Shown here piece by piece: positions 9,908 through 21,381 of a DNA stretch of 63,921 nucleotides (its first letter is position 1; every line of letters begins with the position of its first letter). The DNA comes from a virus (lineage: Duplodnaviria; Caudoviricetes), in the IMG/VR virus record IMGVR_UViG_3300045806_000080, positions 1-63,921 of that record; one strand, written 5' to 3'. A program made the translations under genes and the position numbers. The notes under the pieces are model-generated. The model saw only the letters and a list, made by a program, of their open reading frames with translations, did no database searches and had not been told where the DNA came from.

Positions 9908-10219
9908 ATGAGCCCGGCCGAGGACGTCGCCATGAGGGCGCTCAAGCTCAAGGTCGGCGACGAGGTGTCCAGGAAGACGTGGCAGCTCGCGGTGGAGGTC
10001 GCCGAGATCGTGCTGGAAGCGCTCCGGGCCGACGCGCCAGTACCCGCTGGGAAGGAGCCCGTCGCCAAGGTCCAGGCGACGGGCTCCTCCGATCGCAAGA
10101 TCAGCCAGCTCAAGGGCTACACCGGGGACGAGTGCCCCGATTGCGGCAAGTTCACGATGGTCAGGAACGGGACCTGCCTGAAGTGCGACGACTGCGGCTC
10201 GACCACCGGCTGTAGCTGA
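9908..10219 (+). CDS. Protein carrying a class II RNR (NrdJ)-like C-terminal Zn-ribbon tail
   Basis: Ends KGYTGDECPDCGKFTMVRNGTCLKCDDCGSTTGCS. Confidence 0.7.
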   Translation: MSPAEDVAMRALKLKVGDEVSRKTWQLAVEVAEIVLEALRADAPVPAGKEPVAKVQATGSSDRKISQLKGYTGDECPDCGKFTMVRNGTCLKCDDCGSTTGCS

Positions 10220-10222
10220 CGT

Positions 10223-10253
10223 GAAAAGGGCGGCCCGAGAGCCGCCCCCTTTC
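10223..10253. terminator. Bidirectional intrinsic terminator between convergent operons
   Basis: gaaaaGGGCGGC-ccgaga-GCCGCCCcctttc. Confidence 0.75.
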
Positions 10254-11261
10254 TCACACCATCCCGCCTCTGGAAGGCGGCATCGGCGGACCACCGCCCC
10301 CTGCGGGACCCCCCATCCCCGGCATGCCCCCGCCCCCGCCGCCCTGGCTCATCATCCCCATCAGCGCCTGGAGCGCCTGGGGGTCGATCTGGGGCGTCTT
10401 GGCGGACTTGCCTGACTGGACATGATGCGTGCCCTTGGAAAGTTCCTGGGGCTTGCCCTTCCCTGCCGGCGCAGGCTTCGCGCCGTGACCGCTGGCAGGC
10501 TTCGCGTCTTTGGCCGGTGCCTTCGCGCCCGGCTTGCCCGGACCCCCTCCAGCGGGCTTCTCCGGGGCTTTGTGAGCAGGACCCCTCTGGGGCTGCTCCT
10601 GGCCAGGCTTCGCGGCAGCCGGCACCTGCGCCGCCTCCCCCACCATCTTCGCATGCCCGATCGCGTTCAGCGCGGCGATCTTGTCGCGGCCGAAATGCTC
10701 GGCGGCTCCCTTGTTCAGCACGGCCTCACCGGGAGCCAGCATCGCCGGCACCTTGTCGACCATGCCGGAGCCCTTACCTGGGACGCGCTTGGTGCCCTTG
10801 TCGTAGTGCTGCGGCGCAGCGGCCTGCGCCGGCACGTTCGCCGTCCCGCCCGCGTAGCCGTTGACCTGGTCCCAGTGTTCCCCGAGCATCTCCGGCGACG
10901 CCGGGGCATGCTGCGGCTGCACGTTCGCCGTGCCGGCCGCGTGACCCTGAATGGTCGGGGTCGTGATCAGGTTCCGGTCGTAGTTTCCGTGGAGGAAGTC
11001 CGCGAAGCCGTTCGAGAACGGCTGCGACTTCATGTCTGTTAGGCGGCTCTCGGCCCCGTAGAGCCCAGCGCGCGCTCTCGCCTCCGCGATCTGCGCCGCC
11101 GCCGTGCCGGGGACCGCAGCGGCCTGCGCCCCCATCAGCCCGGCGTCCGCGTCCGCTCGCGTCACAGCGGCCTGCGCCGCGGTCGTGGCCGCGTTCGCCT
11201 GCTGGCCGATGGCCCCGTATTTCTGGCCCATCCAGCCGTTGAAAGTGCCTTGGTCGAACAT
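10254..11261 (-). CDS. Putative internal virion/ejection protein
   Basis: Gly/Ala/Pro-rich; GSGMVDKVPAMLAPGEAVLN motif; last gene of the late operon. Confidence 0.6.
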   Translation of the reverse strand: MFDQGTFNGWMGQKYGAIGQQANAATTAAQAAVTRADADAGLMGAQAAAVPGTAAAQIAEARARAGLYGAESRLTDMKSQPFSNGFADFLHGNYDRNLITTPTIQGHAAGTANVQPQHAPASPEMLGEHWDQVNGYAGGTANVPAQAAAPQHYDKGTKRVPGKGSGMVDKVPAMLAPGEAVLNKGAAEHFGRDKIAALNAIGHAKMVGEAAQVPAAAKPGQEQPQRGPAHKAPEKPAGGGPGKPGAKAPAKDAKPASGHGAKPAPAGKGKPQELSKGTHHVQSGKSAKTPQIDPQALQALMGMMSQGGGGGGMPGMGGPAGGGGPPMPPSRGGMV

Positions 11262-11273
11262 GGGGGGCTCCCG

Positions 11274-13169
<1,896 letters not shown>

Positions 13170-13232
13170 CCGCTCCGTACACTGACAGGACAACTATCAT
13201 CCGCGTGCCAGGACGACAACCCTGGGGCTCGA

Positions 13233-14813
13233 TCAGACGGGCTCCTTCTTCGGGTCTGGGACCGTCACCGTATCGTCAGGAACCACCTCCTGCGGGTCGG
13301 TCTGCGGGTCGCCATTCAGCGTAAAGGTGAACGGGTTGGCGACGACCGACAAGCCAAAGTTCATCTGGATGTCGCCGTACCAGTACCGCGGCTTGTCGTT
13401 CACAAGCACCCCGGCCCTCACCCTGCGGAACCCCACGGACACAGGCCGGGCGTTGCGGAAGTCTCGATCGAAGAACTCGACATAAATCTCTGCGTTCCCC
13501 ACCCCGTCGCTTGTCGTGACCCCGATCGTGTTCTGGCCGTTGTTGACGAGCTTCAGGCTCACTACAGGGGCCGTGATCACGACCTGCTTCGGCAGCGTGT
13601 AGCCGCCGTCGCTGCCGACGCTCACTCCAACCTGGCAGCCTCCCATCCCCGGCGCGTTCTGAGGCCCATAGCCGGGGGCCAGCACAGACCCATTCCAGCC
13701 CCAGCATGCCCACCGCCACCCCCGCGAGCTGTCAGTCGAGTACCTGTTCCACGCCGACGCTGTCCAGAAGTTCGCGGTTTCGTTCGTGTGCGACGCCGCG
13801 CACCAGAAGATGTCGCCGGTGATCTTCAGGGCGAACGGGAACAGCGCCGGCAGCAGCTTGTCCTTGCGCGCCGGCTTCACCCAGTTGAACCTCCCATCCG
13901 TCGAGTTCGTCAGGTCGCAGTACGACCGCGCTTTGAAGTAACTGCCACCGATCGGGATGACGACGATCTGGTCGACGGGGGTGCTCGGGTCCGGATACCG
14001 TCCTGTCGGTGGCGAGCATGTGTGCGTGTAGATCGTCTCCCCGTTGAGCTTGATATCGTAGACCGCGGGATGGCCGGGATTGCTGTTGTGCGACCCTGCT
14101 TCGCCATACAGTCCTTTTTGTACCCAGGCGGACGCTCCTACATCCCAGCCCCACCAGTCGTCTTCCCACACGCCAGTCTCGCTCTGGCCAATCGTTACGT
14201 AATTCGTCCAGTCCATCACCAGACTTGGGTCCTCCACCGTGCCCGCAGGGAACCTGTACCCGATACGTCCGTGCCCCACGTAGCCCCCGTGAGGGGCGCG
14301 ATCGACCCACCCGTAAGTGGGCACGATATACAGGACCCAGTCCTCTCCGCACAGAATATGCTCGACCACCCAAACCGTGCTTGGTGACGTCGGGTAGTCG
14401 GCAGTGCGGAACATGACGTAGCCGTCGAAGATGAAGTCCTCGACCTGAACGCCAGGCGCTCCAGGCAGCGGCTCCTGCCGCTCTGACGGTTGTGTGGTCG
14501 GAGCGCACTCAGGCCGCACGATATAGTGAATGGCCTCGCAACCGAACTGGGTCATATACATGACATCGAGGTTGCCAAATGACGCCACGCGGCGATGCAC
14601 GGCGAGTTCGCTAATCTCGCCCTGACGCCGCTGCGCGCCGACGAACTGCTCGATGACGCCGGCGTTCTGGTTAATGATGTCGCCGGCCGCAGTCGACGCG
14701 TCTTTCTCGGAGTTGTCGGCCCACCACGCTGGCGACGCGTCCACCGTGATCTTCACGGAGGGTGGCCGCACCTGCTGGCCGAATGGCCCGGTCAGCGGCG
14801 GTCTGTACGCCAT
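13233..14813 (-). CDS. Putative tail/receptor-binding protein
   Basis: Trp/Tyr/Gly-rich beta-type sequence; appears lower in GC than its neighbours. Confidence 0.5.
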   Translation of the reverse strand: MAYRPPLTGPFGQQVRPPSVKITVDASPAWWADNSEKDASTAAGDIINQNAGVIEQFVGAQRRQGEISELAVHRRVASFGNLDVMYMTQFGCEAIHYIVRPECAPTTQPSERQEPLPGAPGVQVEDFIFDGYVMFRTADYPTSPSTVWVVEHILCGEDWVLYIVPTYGWVDRAPHGGYVGHGRIGYRFPAGTVEDPSLVMDWTNYVTIGQSETGVWEDDWWGWDVGASAWVQKGLYGEAGSHNSNPGHPAVYDIKLNGETIYTHTCSPPTGRYPDPSTPVDQIVVIPIGGSYFKARSYCDLTNSTDGRFNWVKPARKDKLLPALFPFALKITGDIFWCAASHTNETANFWTASAWNRYSTDSSRGWRWACWGWNGSVLAPGYGPQNAPGMGGCQVGVSVGSDGGYTLPKQVVITAPVVSLKLVNNGQNTIGVTTSDGVGNAEIYVEFFDRDFRNARPVSVGFRRVRAGVLVNDKPRYWYGDIQMNFGLSVVANPFTFTLNGDPQTDPQEVVPDDTVTVPDPKKEPV

Positions 14814-15979
14814 CAGACCCTCCGGTCGCTGAGCATCGGCACGAACTCCATGGTGTCGAGATCGAAGTCCTGACCCGTGGTCGTGAGCTGGAACGAGATG
14901 TACCGCGCGCGGATGCCCTTGCCGACCTTGATTTTCGTGTTCACGAGCCCTGGCTGGATGGTCGCCAGATAGGTGTAGCTGCGCCCGCCACCCACGATGA
15001 TCTTCAGATAAACCTCGCCGGTTCCGCGCATGGCGATATACACACCCTTCAGCCCGGAGAGCTTGGTGCCGTTGATCTGGAGCAGCCCAGAGACGACGTC
15101 GGCGATGACGCTCTCACCGGCGTCAGTGTCCCCGCCCAGCTCGTAGACCCCGGAGGGTGACGTCGCGACATACTTCGTCCCGAGCTGGGCGAAGCTGTTG
15201 AAGTCGAAGTTGGTGTACTCGGTGACGGCGTTGGTCCTGGTGTTTACCGCCCAGGTCGTGACCATGCCGCTGGGGGAGACGTAAAGGCCGCCCAGGTTGA
15301 CCCCGTCCAGGAGCACGTCGCCTTGGTAGATCGCCCTGACGAGCTGGGCGTCATCGAGGTCGAAGTCCTGCGACAGCACCAGCACGAGCGTGTTCTTGAG
15401 GGCTGAGTTCAGGACGACGTTCTGCGACAAGTCGCCGCACCACCGCATGACTGGGGCGTGCGTCTGGTGTGCATGGAGCGCCTGCGTCAGCATGGCGGCC
15501 ACAGCCCGCGAGAACGACGACGAGAGCAGGAACTCCTGCGCCAAAGCATGGTGGTAGCGGGTCGCCGGCTGCGCTGCGTCCCTGGCCTTGATCGACCCGA
15601 GGAGCGCGAGCGCCAACCCCAGCGAATGGGCCTGGTGCGCAGTGACGTGCTCGGTGAGCAGCATGAGCCGCGCCAGCCGGATCGTCCCGGCCAGATCGGC
15701 GACCTGCGCCAGCGTCACCCGGTACATGGCCCCCAGGCTGCTCGTCTGGTGCGCCCGGATTATCTCGACGAGCGCCCGCCCCCAGCGGTAGCGCTGGGCC
15801 TGGGAGTGACCGACCGTTACAGCCTGGGTCAGGCTCAGCGACTTGACGAACGTCGGAAGAAGCCGCTCGCGCAGAACTGCGCGCTGGGCGACACCGGAGT
15901 GCGGACCGAGCCTGTAGCTCGGTCCGGTCCTGGAGACCGTTAGCGCGTCAGCAAGCGTGTCTGAATACACGGTGCCCAT
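14813..15979 (-). CDS. Virion tail protein
   Basis: Repetitive N-terminal half; C-terminal WAVNTRT.AVTEY.NFDFNSF domain. Confidence 0.65.
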   Translation of the reverse strand: MGTVYSDTLADALTVSRTGPSYRLGPHSGVAQRAVLRERLLPTFVKSLSLTQAVTVGHSQAQRYRWGRALVEIIRAHQTSSLGAMYRVTLAQVADLAGTIRLARLMLLTEHVTAHQAHSLGLALALLGSIKARDAAQPATRYHHALAQEFLLSSSFSRAVAAMLTQALHAHQTHAPVMRWCGDLSQNVVLNSALKNTLVLVLSQDFDLDDAQLVRAIYQGDVLLDGVNLGGLYVSPSGMVTTWAVNTRTNAVTEYTNFDFNSFAQLGTKYVATSPSGVYELGGDTDAGESVIADVVSGLLQINGTKLSGLKGVYIAMRGTGEVYLKIIVGGGRSYTYLATIQPGLVNTKIKVGKGIRARYISFQLTTTGQDFDLDTMEFVPMLSDRRV

Positions 15980-15991
15980 GCGGACACCTCA

Positions 15992-16555
15992 TCAGGCCGA
16001 AGCGGCGGTGTAGGTGTAGGTGAGCAGGAGCTGGTCTCCGGACACCACCGACTTGCTCGCGCCGAACTGCGCTCCCGAGAACAGCGTGCCCCCGGTGCCG
16101 CTGATCGTCGCCGAGCTGATCAGGAACGCGCCGTAGATGTTGAGCGCCGCGTTGAAGGTGAAGCTCGCCTGGCTCGCCGAGTTGGTGACCGACTGGCCGG
16201 ACGGCTCCGCCGCGGTCCACGCCTGCCGAGCGCCGGCTCCGTAGCCGCTGACTTCGGTGGCGTTCGCGGCGATCGTGGACGCGGTATCCGCCGCGATAAC
16301 CGTGTAGTTGCCGCTGAACAGCCCGATGTACCAGCTCGTGACCACCGTCTGCGCCGCGAGCGCCGCGCCCAGCAGGTAGTCCAGGCCCTGGTTGACCACG
16401 AGGTTCGAGCACTCGAACTCGTCGATCACGTCTCCGCAGCGAATGATCTTTCCAGTGTACCGGCCCGCGCCGAGCAGTTGGCCGCCATCCGGGACCAGGA
16501 GCCCCGAGTTGCGCCGCGTAAAGCCCTCTAGGGCCTCATGATCCGGGGTAAGCAT
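15992..16555 (-). CDS. Tail-fibre-associated structural protein
   Basis: NLVVNQG...WYIGLF...GGTLFS...SGDQL.LTYT pattern. Confidence 0.65.
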   Translation of the reverse strand: MLTPDHEALEGFTRRNSGLLVPDGGQLLGAGRYTGKIIRCGDVIDEFECSNLVVNQGLDYLLGAALAAQTVVTSWYIGLFSGNYTVIAADTASTIAANATEVSGYGAGARQAWTAAEPSGQSVTNSASQASFTFNAALNIYGAFLISSATISGTGGTLFSGAQFGASKSVVSGDQLLLTYTYTAASA

Positions 16556-16599
16556 GCCGCACTCCTCCGCGCCGCGAATTTCGCTGCCTGTCTACACCC

Positions 16600-16630
16600 T
16601 TGTCAGTGTAATGACAACCGTGATAGACCC
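16600..16630 (+). promoter_or_regulatory. TTGTCAGTGTA-type promoter for the inverted tail module
   Basis: TTGTCAGTGTA at 16600-16610, weak -10 (TAGACC), upstream of AGGAGG RBS. Confidence 0.5.
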
Positions 16631-16655
16631 AACGCGAAGTTTCTAGGAGGCCAGA

Positions 16656-17033
16656 ATGACCGCCCGCACCCAAAATGCCGGCCTTGCCCGCATGACGTCG
16701 CTGCTCGCGGCGGCGAACTGGTATCTCCAGTGGGGGACCGGGTCGGGCGCAGCGGCGACCGCCAACGTCGTCACGACCACGACCACGACCGAGGCGAGGG
16801 TTGCAGCTTCCGCGTCGCAGGCGACCGTGAGCGTCACGAACGACACGCTCCAGCTCACGGGGACGATCACCGCCGCCGGGACCAGAGCGCTCACCGAGAT
16901 CGGCGCGTTCGACGCCGCGGGCTCCAGCTCTCCGCCGACCGGCGGTAACCTGGACCTCTACAGCGACTTCGCGGTGATCAACCTGGCCTCGGGCGACAGC
17001 ATCGCGTTCACGATCAAGGTGACCTACACCTAA
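16656..17033 (+). CDS. Tail-fibre-associated protein (apparent paralog of 15992-16555)
   Basis: NAG...QWGTG...TEIGAFDA...GGNL...SGDSIAFT; strong RBS. Confidence 0.7.
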   Translation: MTARTQNAGLARMTSLLAAANWYLQWGTGSGAAATANVVTTTTTTEARVAASASQATVSVTNDTLQLTGTITAAGTRALTEIGAFDAAGSSSPPTGGNLDLYSDFAVINLASGDSIAFTIKVTYT

Positions 17034-17043
17034 AGGTGACGCC

Positions 17044-18552
17044 GTGGCCGACTGGTACGTCTCCTCGACCGCCTACGCGGCTGTTCCGCAGTGGGCGGCG
17101 ACCACCGCCTATACGGTTGGACAGTTCGTGCGCCCGCTCGCTACACCTACGTCCGCCAAATACCACGTTCAGCGGTGTACGGGACCGGGTACTTCGGCAG
17201 CCGGGGAGCCCTCGTGGTCGGCAACTAATAACGGAACGACAGCAAGCGGTACAGCGACGTTCACGAATGTGGGCGGCCAGTCTGCCTACGGTTGGAGCGC
17301 GGCGCTGGGGTCCCTGTACTCCATAACGAACATTGCAGGCAAAAATGCCGCGGCAGGGGATCGCATCTTCGTATCCAGTGATCATACCGAAACCTTGGCG
17401 GCGAGTTACGCGTTCGGCGCTATCGGGTGGGGTGTGATCAAGATTATGTCCGTGAATAAAGCCGGGTCGGTGCCGCCGGTTACAGCCGATCTAGCCGCAG
17501 GGGCAACGATCACATGTCTCTCAAGCTCCTTTGTTCTGGACGCCTTGTGCAATCTGTTCTGGTACGGACTCACGTTTGTTCAACCGAACAACGCCAGCTT
17601 GTTGTTTAACAGTGGTGGATTTAAGGCGAACTACCTGAAGAACTGCGCTTTACAGCTCACGTACAGCTCCGGTACGGCAAAGATCAGTAACAGCGGCCCC
17701 GCAACCGTGACGCTAGACAACACCACGGTACAATTCGGCGCGGTAGGCCAATCTATTTCTTCGTCTACCTATCCTTTTGAGATTACGTGGATCAACACCG
17801 CGGCAGCGGTACAAGGTGCGATCGTCCCAACATCTTTGTTCGTTTCACCAACTCAAGCGACACTTCTAGCAACGTGTCGAGGCGTTGATTTAAGCGCAGC
17901 CTCGGGGAGCCTTCTCGGAGCTTCAAATTACGGCTCAAAAGTGTTGCTTGACGGATGCACACTACCCAGCAGCTACACCGCGTACGGCACTCCTAGTACC
18001 ACAACGTGTGCCAATGACGCCGTCGAGATAGTCAACTGTCTCTCCGGCTCCACAGTTGTGAACTCGCGGAATACGCCCGCAGGAGCCGTGACGACGGACA
18101 CCACAACGACGATGTCCGGCGGAGCGGCCGACGACGTCGGGGCGTTCAGCCACAAGATGGTCTCCAGCAGCCGTAGCGACATCGTTGCGATGCCCCTGGA
18201 GAGCTTCTGGTTCGAGGTCGAGAACACGCTCACGGGCTCCTCGAAGACCGCGACGATCCAGATCGTCTCGTCCGCGAGCCTGAACAACACCGACATCCAC
18301 ATGCTCCTGGAGTACCCAGGGACCTCGTCCTCCCCCGTGGCCTCGTGGGCGGACAGCCTCCCGACGCAGCTCGACGCGTCGGCCGCGGTGACGACGTCGT
18401 CCTCGACTTGGACCAGCCCACCCTCGACGCCGGTCTACCAGCAGCTCGCCGTGACGTTCACGCCGCGAACGGCGGGCCGCGTCCGGGCGCGGGTGCTGCT
18501 CGGTAAGCCCTCGGCCACGGTTTGGGTCAACCCGCAGGTCATCATCACATGA
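17044..18552 (+). CDS. Tail fibre/tailspike with N-terminal carbohydrate-binding-like motif
   Basis: WAATTAYTVGQ...C...GTS...EPSW; Ser/Thr-rich beta body; atypical codon usage. Confidence 0.65.
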   Translation: MADWYVSSTAYAAVPQWAATTAYTVGQFVRPLATPTSAKYHVQRCTGPGTSAAGEPSWSATNNGTTASGTATFTNVGGQSAYGWSAALGSLYSITNIAGKNAAAGDRIFVSSDHTETLAASYAFGAIGWGVIKIMSVNKAGSVPPVTADLAAGATITCLSSSFVLDALCNLFWYGLTFVQPNNASLLFNSGGFKANYLKNCALQLTYSSGTAKISNSGPATVTLDNTTVQFGAVGQSISSSTYPFEITWINTAAAVQGAIVPTSLFVSPTQATLLATCRGVDLSAASGSLLGASNYGSKVLLDGCTLPSSYTAYGTPSTTTCANDAVEIVNCLSGSTVVNSRNTPAGAVTTDTTTTMSGGAADDVGAFSHKMVSSSRSDIVAMPLESFWFEVENTLTGSSKTATIQIVSSASLNNTDIHMLLEYPGTSSSPVASWADSLPTQLDASAAVTTSSSTWTSPPSTPVYQQLAVTFTPRTAGRVRARVLLGKPSATVWVNPQVIIT

Positions 18553-19586
18553 CGACCAAGACCCAGGTCATCAGCGGCTCACGCGCCGGGGTGGGCTCGG
18601 TCGTCGTCACGGACCCCGGCACCGGCAAGACACAGGTCACGTCGAACGTCGGCGTGTCGCAGTCCCCGACAGGGGGGACGACCACCAATCAAGACCTCAC
18701 GATCACAGCCGCCAGCGTGCTCGGGGCCGCGCGCAGCGCCGGCCGGGGGATCGCGGTCTCAACGGCATCGGCGCTGTCCGCGGCAAAGCAGGCGACCCGC
18801 GCTCTCGCGGCCTCTACCGGCTCGGCGCTGGTATCGGCAAAGGGGGTGGCTCAAAAGCTGGCTCTCTCCACGACCTCGGCGCTGTCCGCGGCAAAGCAGG
18901 CGACCCGGACCCTCACAGCTTCCACGGCATCGGCGCTCAGCATGGCGTCCGGGAAAGCCTACCTGCAAACTCTCGCGGTCTCAACGGCATCGGCGCTGTC
19001 CGCGGCAAAGCAGGCGACCCGGACCCTCACAGCTTCCACGGCATCGGCGCTCAGCATGGCGTCCGGGAAAGCCTACCTGCAAACTCTCGCGGTCTCAACG
19101 GCATCGGCGCTGTCCGCGGCAAAGCAGGCGACCCGGACCCTCACAGCTTCCACGGCATCGGCGCTGGGGGCCGTCGCCTCCGTGGTCTTGGGGATAGTGG
19201 TTTACGCCTTGGCGCTGGCGATCTCCACGGTCTCGGCGCTGTCGGTGGCGAAGCAGGCGGCCCGCGCTCTCGCGGCCTCTACCGGCTCGGCGCTGGTATC
19301 GGCAAAGGGGGTGGCTCAAAAGCTGGCTCTCTCCACGACCTCGGTGGTAGCCGCCATCGTCTCTGCGTCCTCGGGAGTGACGCTGTACACCCTGAAGCTG
19401 ATCGTCCCCACGGTATCAGCAGTCTCCATGACCACTTCGACGATCAGGTCCCGCATCGTGGCGTTCGCCTCCGCTTCGACGCTGTTCGCGACGACCTTCG
19501 TCACCATCACCGGGCAAACGGCGCTCTACCTTCTCGGGCGCGGGTCGGCGCTGATCCTGTCGGCGCTGGGTCGGAAGAATTGGTAG
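18549..19586 (+). CDS. Repetitive Ala/Ser/Thr-rich fibre-like protein
   Basis: 17-21 aa repeats L..STASALS..K. Confidence 0.65.
   Translation: MTTKTQVISGSRAGVGSVVVTDPGTGKTQVTSNVGVSQSPTGGTTTNQDLTITAASVLGAARSAGRGIAVSTASALSAAKQATRALAASTGSALVSAKGVAQKLALSTTSALSAAKQATRTLTASTASALSMASGKAYLQTLAVSTASALSAAKQATRTLTASTASALSMASGKAYLQTLAVSTASALSAAKQATRTLTASTASALGAVASVVLGIVVYALALAISTVSALSVAKQAARALAASTGSALVSAKGVAQKLALSTTSVVAAIVSASSGVTLYTLKLIVPTVSAVSMTTSTIRSRIVAFASASTLFATTFVTITGQTALYLLGRGSALILSALGRKNW
18875..19166 (+). repeat. Intragenic tandem repeat, 114-bp period
   Basis: Identical units begin at 18971 and 19085; 18790-18877 also recurs at about 19255-19343. Confidence 0.85.
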
Positions 19587-19589
19587 CCG

Positions 19590-19618
19590 TTGTCAGTGTA
19601 CCGCCGCCATGGTAAATC
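19590..19618 (+). promoter_or_regulatory. Predicted promoter TTGTCA-N17-TAAATC
   Basis: TTGTCAGTGTA motif with a 17-nt spacer. Confidence 0.6.
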
Positions 19619-19640
19619 CGGCGGGACCCAGGAGCCGCTC

Positions 19641-19799
19641 ATGAGCAACGCAATCATCCGTGGGAAACCCTGTGAAGCCTCGATCGAGGCGACCATCACC
19701 CGCGCTGACGGACGGGTCGAGAAGCTCGGAACGATCGCCTACTGGAACCGCAACCCGCTCAGGCGCTGGTGGTTCTCGCTGACCCGCGGCCGAAGATGA
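19641..19799 (+). CDS. Small tail-module protein
   Basis: ITRADGRVEKLGTIAYW.RNPL; AGGAG RBS. Confidence 0.6.
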   Translation: MSNAIIRGKPCEASIEATITRADGRVEKLGTIAYWNRNPLRRWWFSLTRGRR

Positions 19800-20290
19800 C
19801 GCAGGAGATAGTCACGCTGGCGATCTCCACGTCCGGTGCGGTGTGCCGCGCCCCGACCGCGATCCACCTCCGAGCGATCGCCGCGCTCGACCTGGTCCTC
19901 CGCACAACCGGCCGCCGCGCCCAACTGGAGCTACCCGGCATGAGCACGCGAATTGACGGAACCTTCCACGCGGGGGAGACTTGGCTGATCCGCGGGACCG
20001 CCTGTGACGAGAACGGCGAAGCCCTGGACTTGACCGGGGCAACGGTCCAGCTCAGGGTCACGAGCAGTTCCGCCATCGTCCTCGATCTGGCGTCTCCCCT
20101 CACCGGCTCGATCACGCACGCCACCGCCGGCCAGTACCGCTTCGTGATCACCCCGGCGCAGCAAGCCGCCCTGACCCTGACCAGCTACGACTACGAAGTC
20201 CGCATCGAGCTGATCGACGGCACGGTCAGCGTGCAGAACAGCGGCCGGATCATTATCAAGCCGTCGAAGTTCGTCCACTTCCCGACTTAG
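19796..20290 (+). CDS. BppU-like baseplate/Ig-like protein (start may be 19940)
   Basis: GET...D.NG.ALDLTGATV...G.Y.F.IT.....YDYEV motif. Confidence 0.65.
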   Translation: MTQEIVTLAISTSGAVCRAPTAIHLRAIAALDLVLRTTGRRAQLELPGMSTRIDGTFHAGETWLIRGTACDENGEALDLTGATVQLRVTSSSAIVLDLASPLTGSITHATAGQYRFVITPAQQAALTLTSYDYEVRIELIDGTVSVQNSGRIIIKPSKFVHFPT

Positions 20291-21381
20291 GCGTGGCTCG
20301 CGCGGATGATCGTCGCGTCCAGATGGTCACCGATCGCTGCGTTGGTCGTCGGGCCTCCGTCGCTGCGCATGGCCGCAACGTACTGGTTCATGCCATCCTG
20401 CCGGCGATAGAGCGCAGCGGCGCTGGCGGCGTTCGGGAAGAAGAACTTGCTCTCGGTGAGGTTGGTCGCCGTGCCCCCGTTCGCCGCGACACACGCCCCG
20501 TTTGTCGTCATGAACATGAGCGCGACCTGAACGGGTGTGTCGGCGGTGGCCGGAACCTGTGGGGGGTTCCCCAGCTCGGCAGGGATCGTGACCAGCGAGC
20601 CAGGGACCACCGGACTGTCCATCACCCTGACCCGCTTCATACCGCTGGACGACCCATCCATCCTGATCTGGGGGCTCACGAACCACAGGCCCTCGTCAGT
20701 CCCGACGTAGACGCCGTCCCCCACCGCGCCGACCATCGTGACCTCGCCCTCGAAGGGGTAGAAGCCCTTGGTCGCGTCCACCCAGTCGTAGAGATAAAGC
20801 TCCGTGGTCCAGACTACCTTGTTCACGGCGAGGTAGATGCGCCCGTTGAACCAGGTGATCCATGAGGCGTTCGGAGGCTTCCTGAGCAGCTTGCCGGCGA
20901 TCGGTTGCAGCGTCTTCGTCGGCAGCACGACCGGGCTCAGCCACAAACTCTCTGGGACGCCCCAGGCGCTCACCGCAAGGCTTGACAGGCTGACCTTGCC
21001 GCTGTCGGCAGGGCTGCTGAAATAGACCGTGTCGTCGATCTGCACGTAGGAGAGCCCAGTGGCCCCAGCGCTCGGGCCTGCGCCGACCACCGGGCGCAGC
21101 GGCGTGAAGCCGTAGCCGGTGCTGAGCACCCCGAGCACGCTGTCTATGACGACAAGCGCCCGCCCGTCTGTCAGCGTGAACAGGCTGTGGGCATCGCCGC
21201 TGATCCTCTTGGTGAAGCCGCGTCGGCGCGATAGTTGCCCCACGTCATCGAGCGTCACGTTCCTGGCGCGCACGAGATCGCGGGGCGTCATCCGCTCGGC
21301 CTGGACGGTGTTCTTGAGCCCGTCGAACCCGTTGAGAACGAGCGACTGCGGGGGGCCTTGCGGCTGCTGCTGATCAGGCAT
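20287..21381 (-). CDS. Tail tubular/nozzle-like protein
   Basis: FDGLKN...ARNV.LDD.GQL.RRRG N-terminal motif; beta-propeller-like body. Confidence 0.6.
   Translation of the reverse strand: MPDQQQPQGPPQSLVLNGFDGLKNTVQAERMTPRDLVRARNVTLDDVGQLSRRRGFTKRISGDAHSLFTLTDGRALVVIDSVLGVLSTGYGFTPLRPVVGAGPSAGATGLSYVQIDDTVYFSSPADSGKVSLSSLAVSAWGVPESLWLSPVVLPTKTLQPIAGKLLRKPPNASWITWFNGRIYLAVNKVVWTTELYLYDWVDATKGFYPFEGEVTMVGAVGDGVYVGTDEGLWFVSPQIRMDGSSSGMKRVRVMDSPVVPGSLVTIPAELGNPPQVPATADTPVQVALMFMTTNGACVAANGGTATNLTESKFFFPNAASAAALYRRQDGMNQYVAAMRSDGGPTTNAAIGDHLDATIIRASHA

Noticed and set aside
9908-10219. nrdJ pseudogene
   Set aside because: No other RNR remnants nearby; the ORF has its own start and an unrelated N-terminus
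16556-20290. Invertase-driven tail switch or diversity-generating retroelement
   Set aside because: No invertase or reverse transcriptase, no flanking inverted repeats, no adenine-specific TR/VR pair seen
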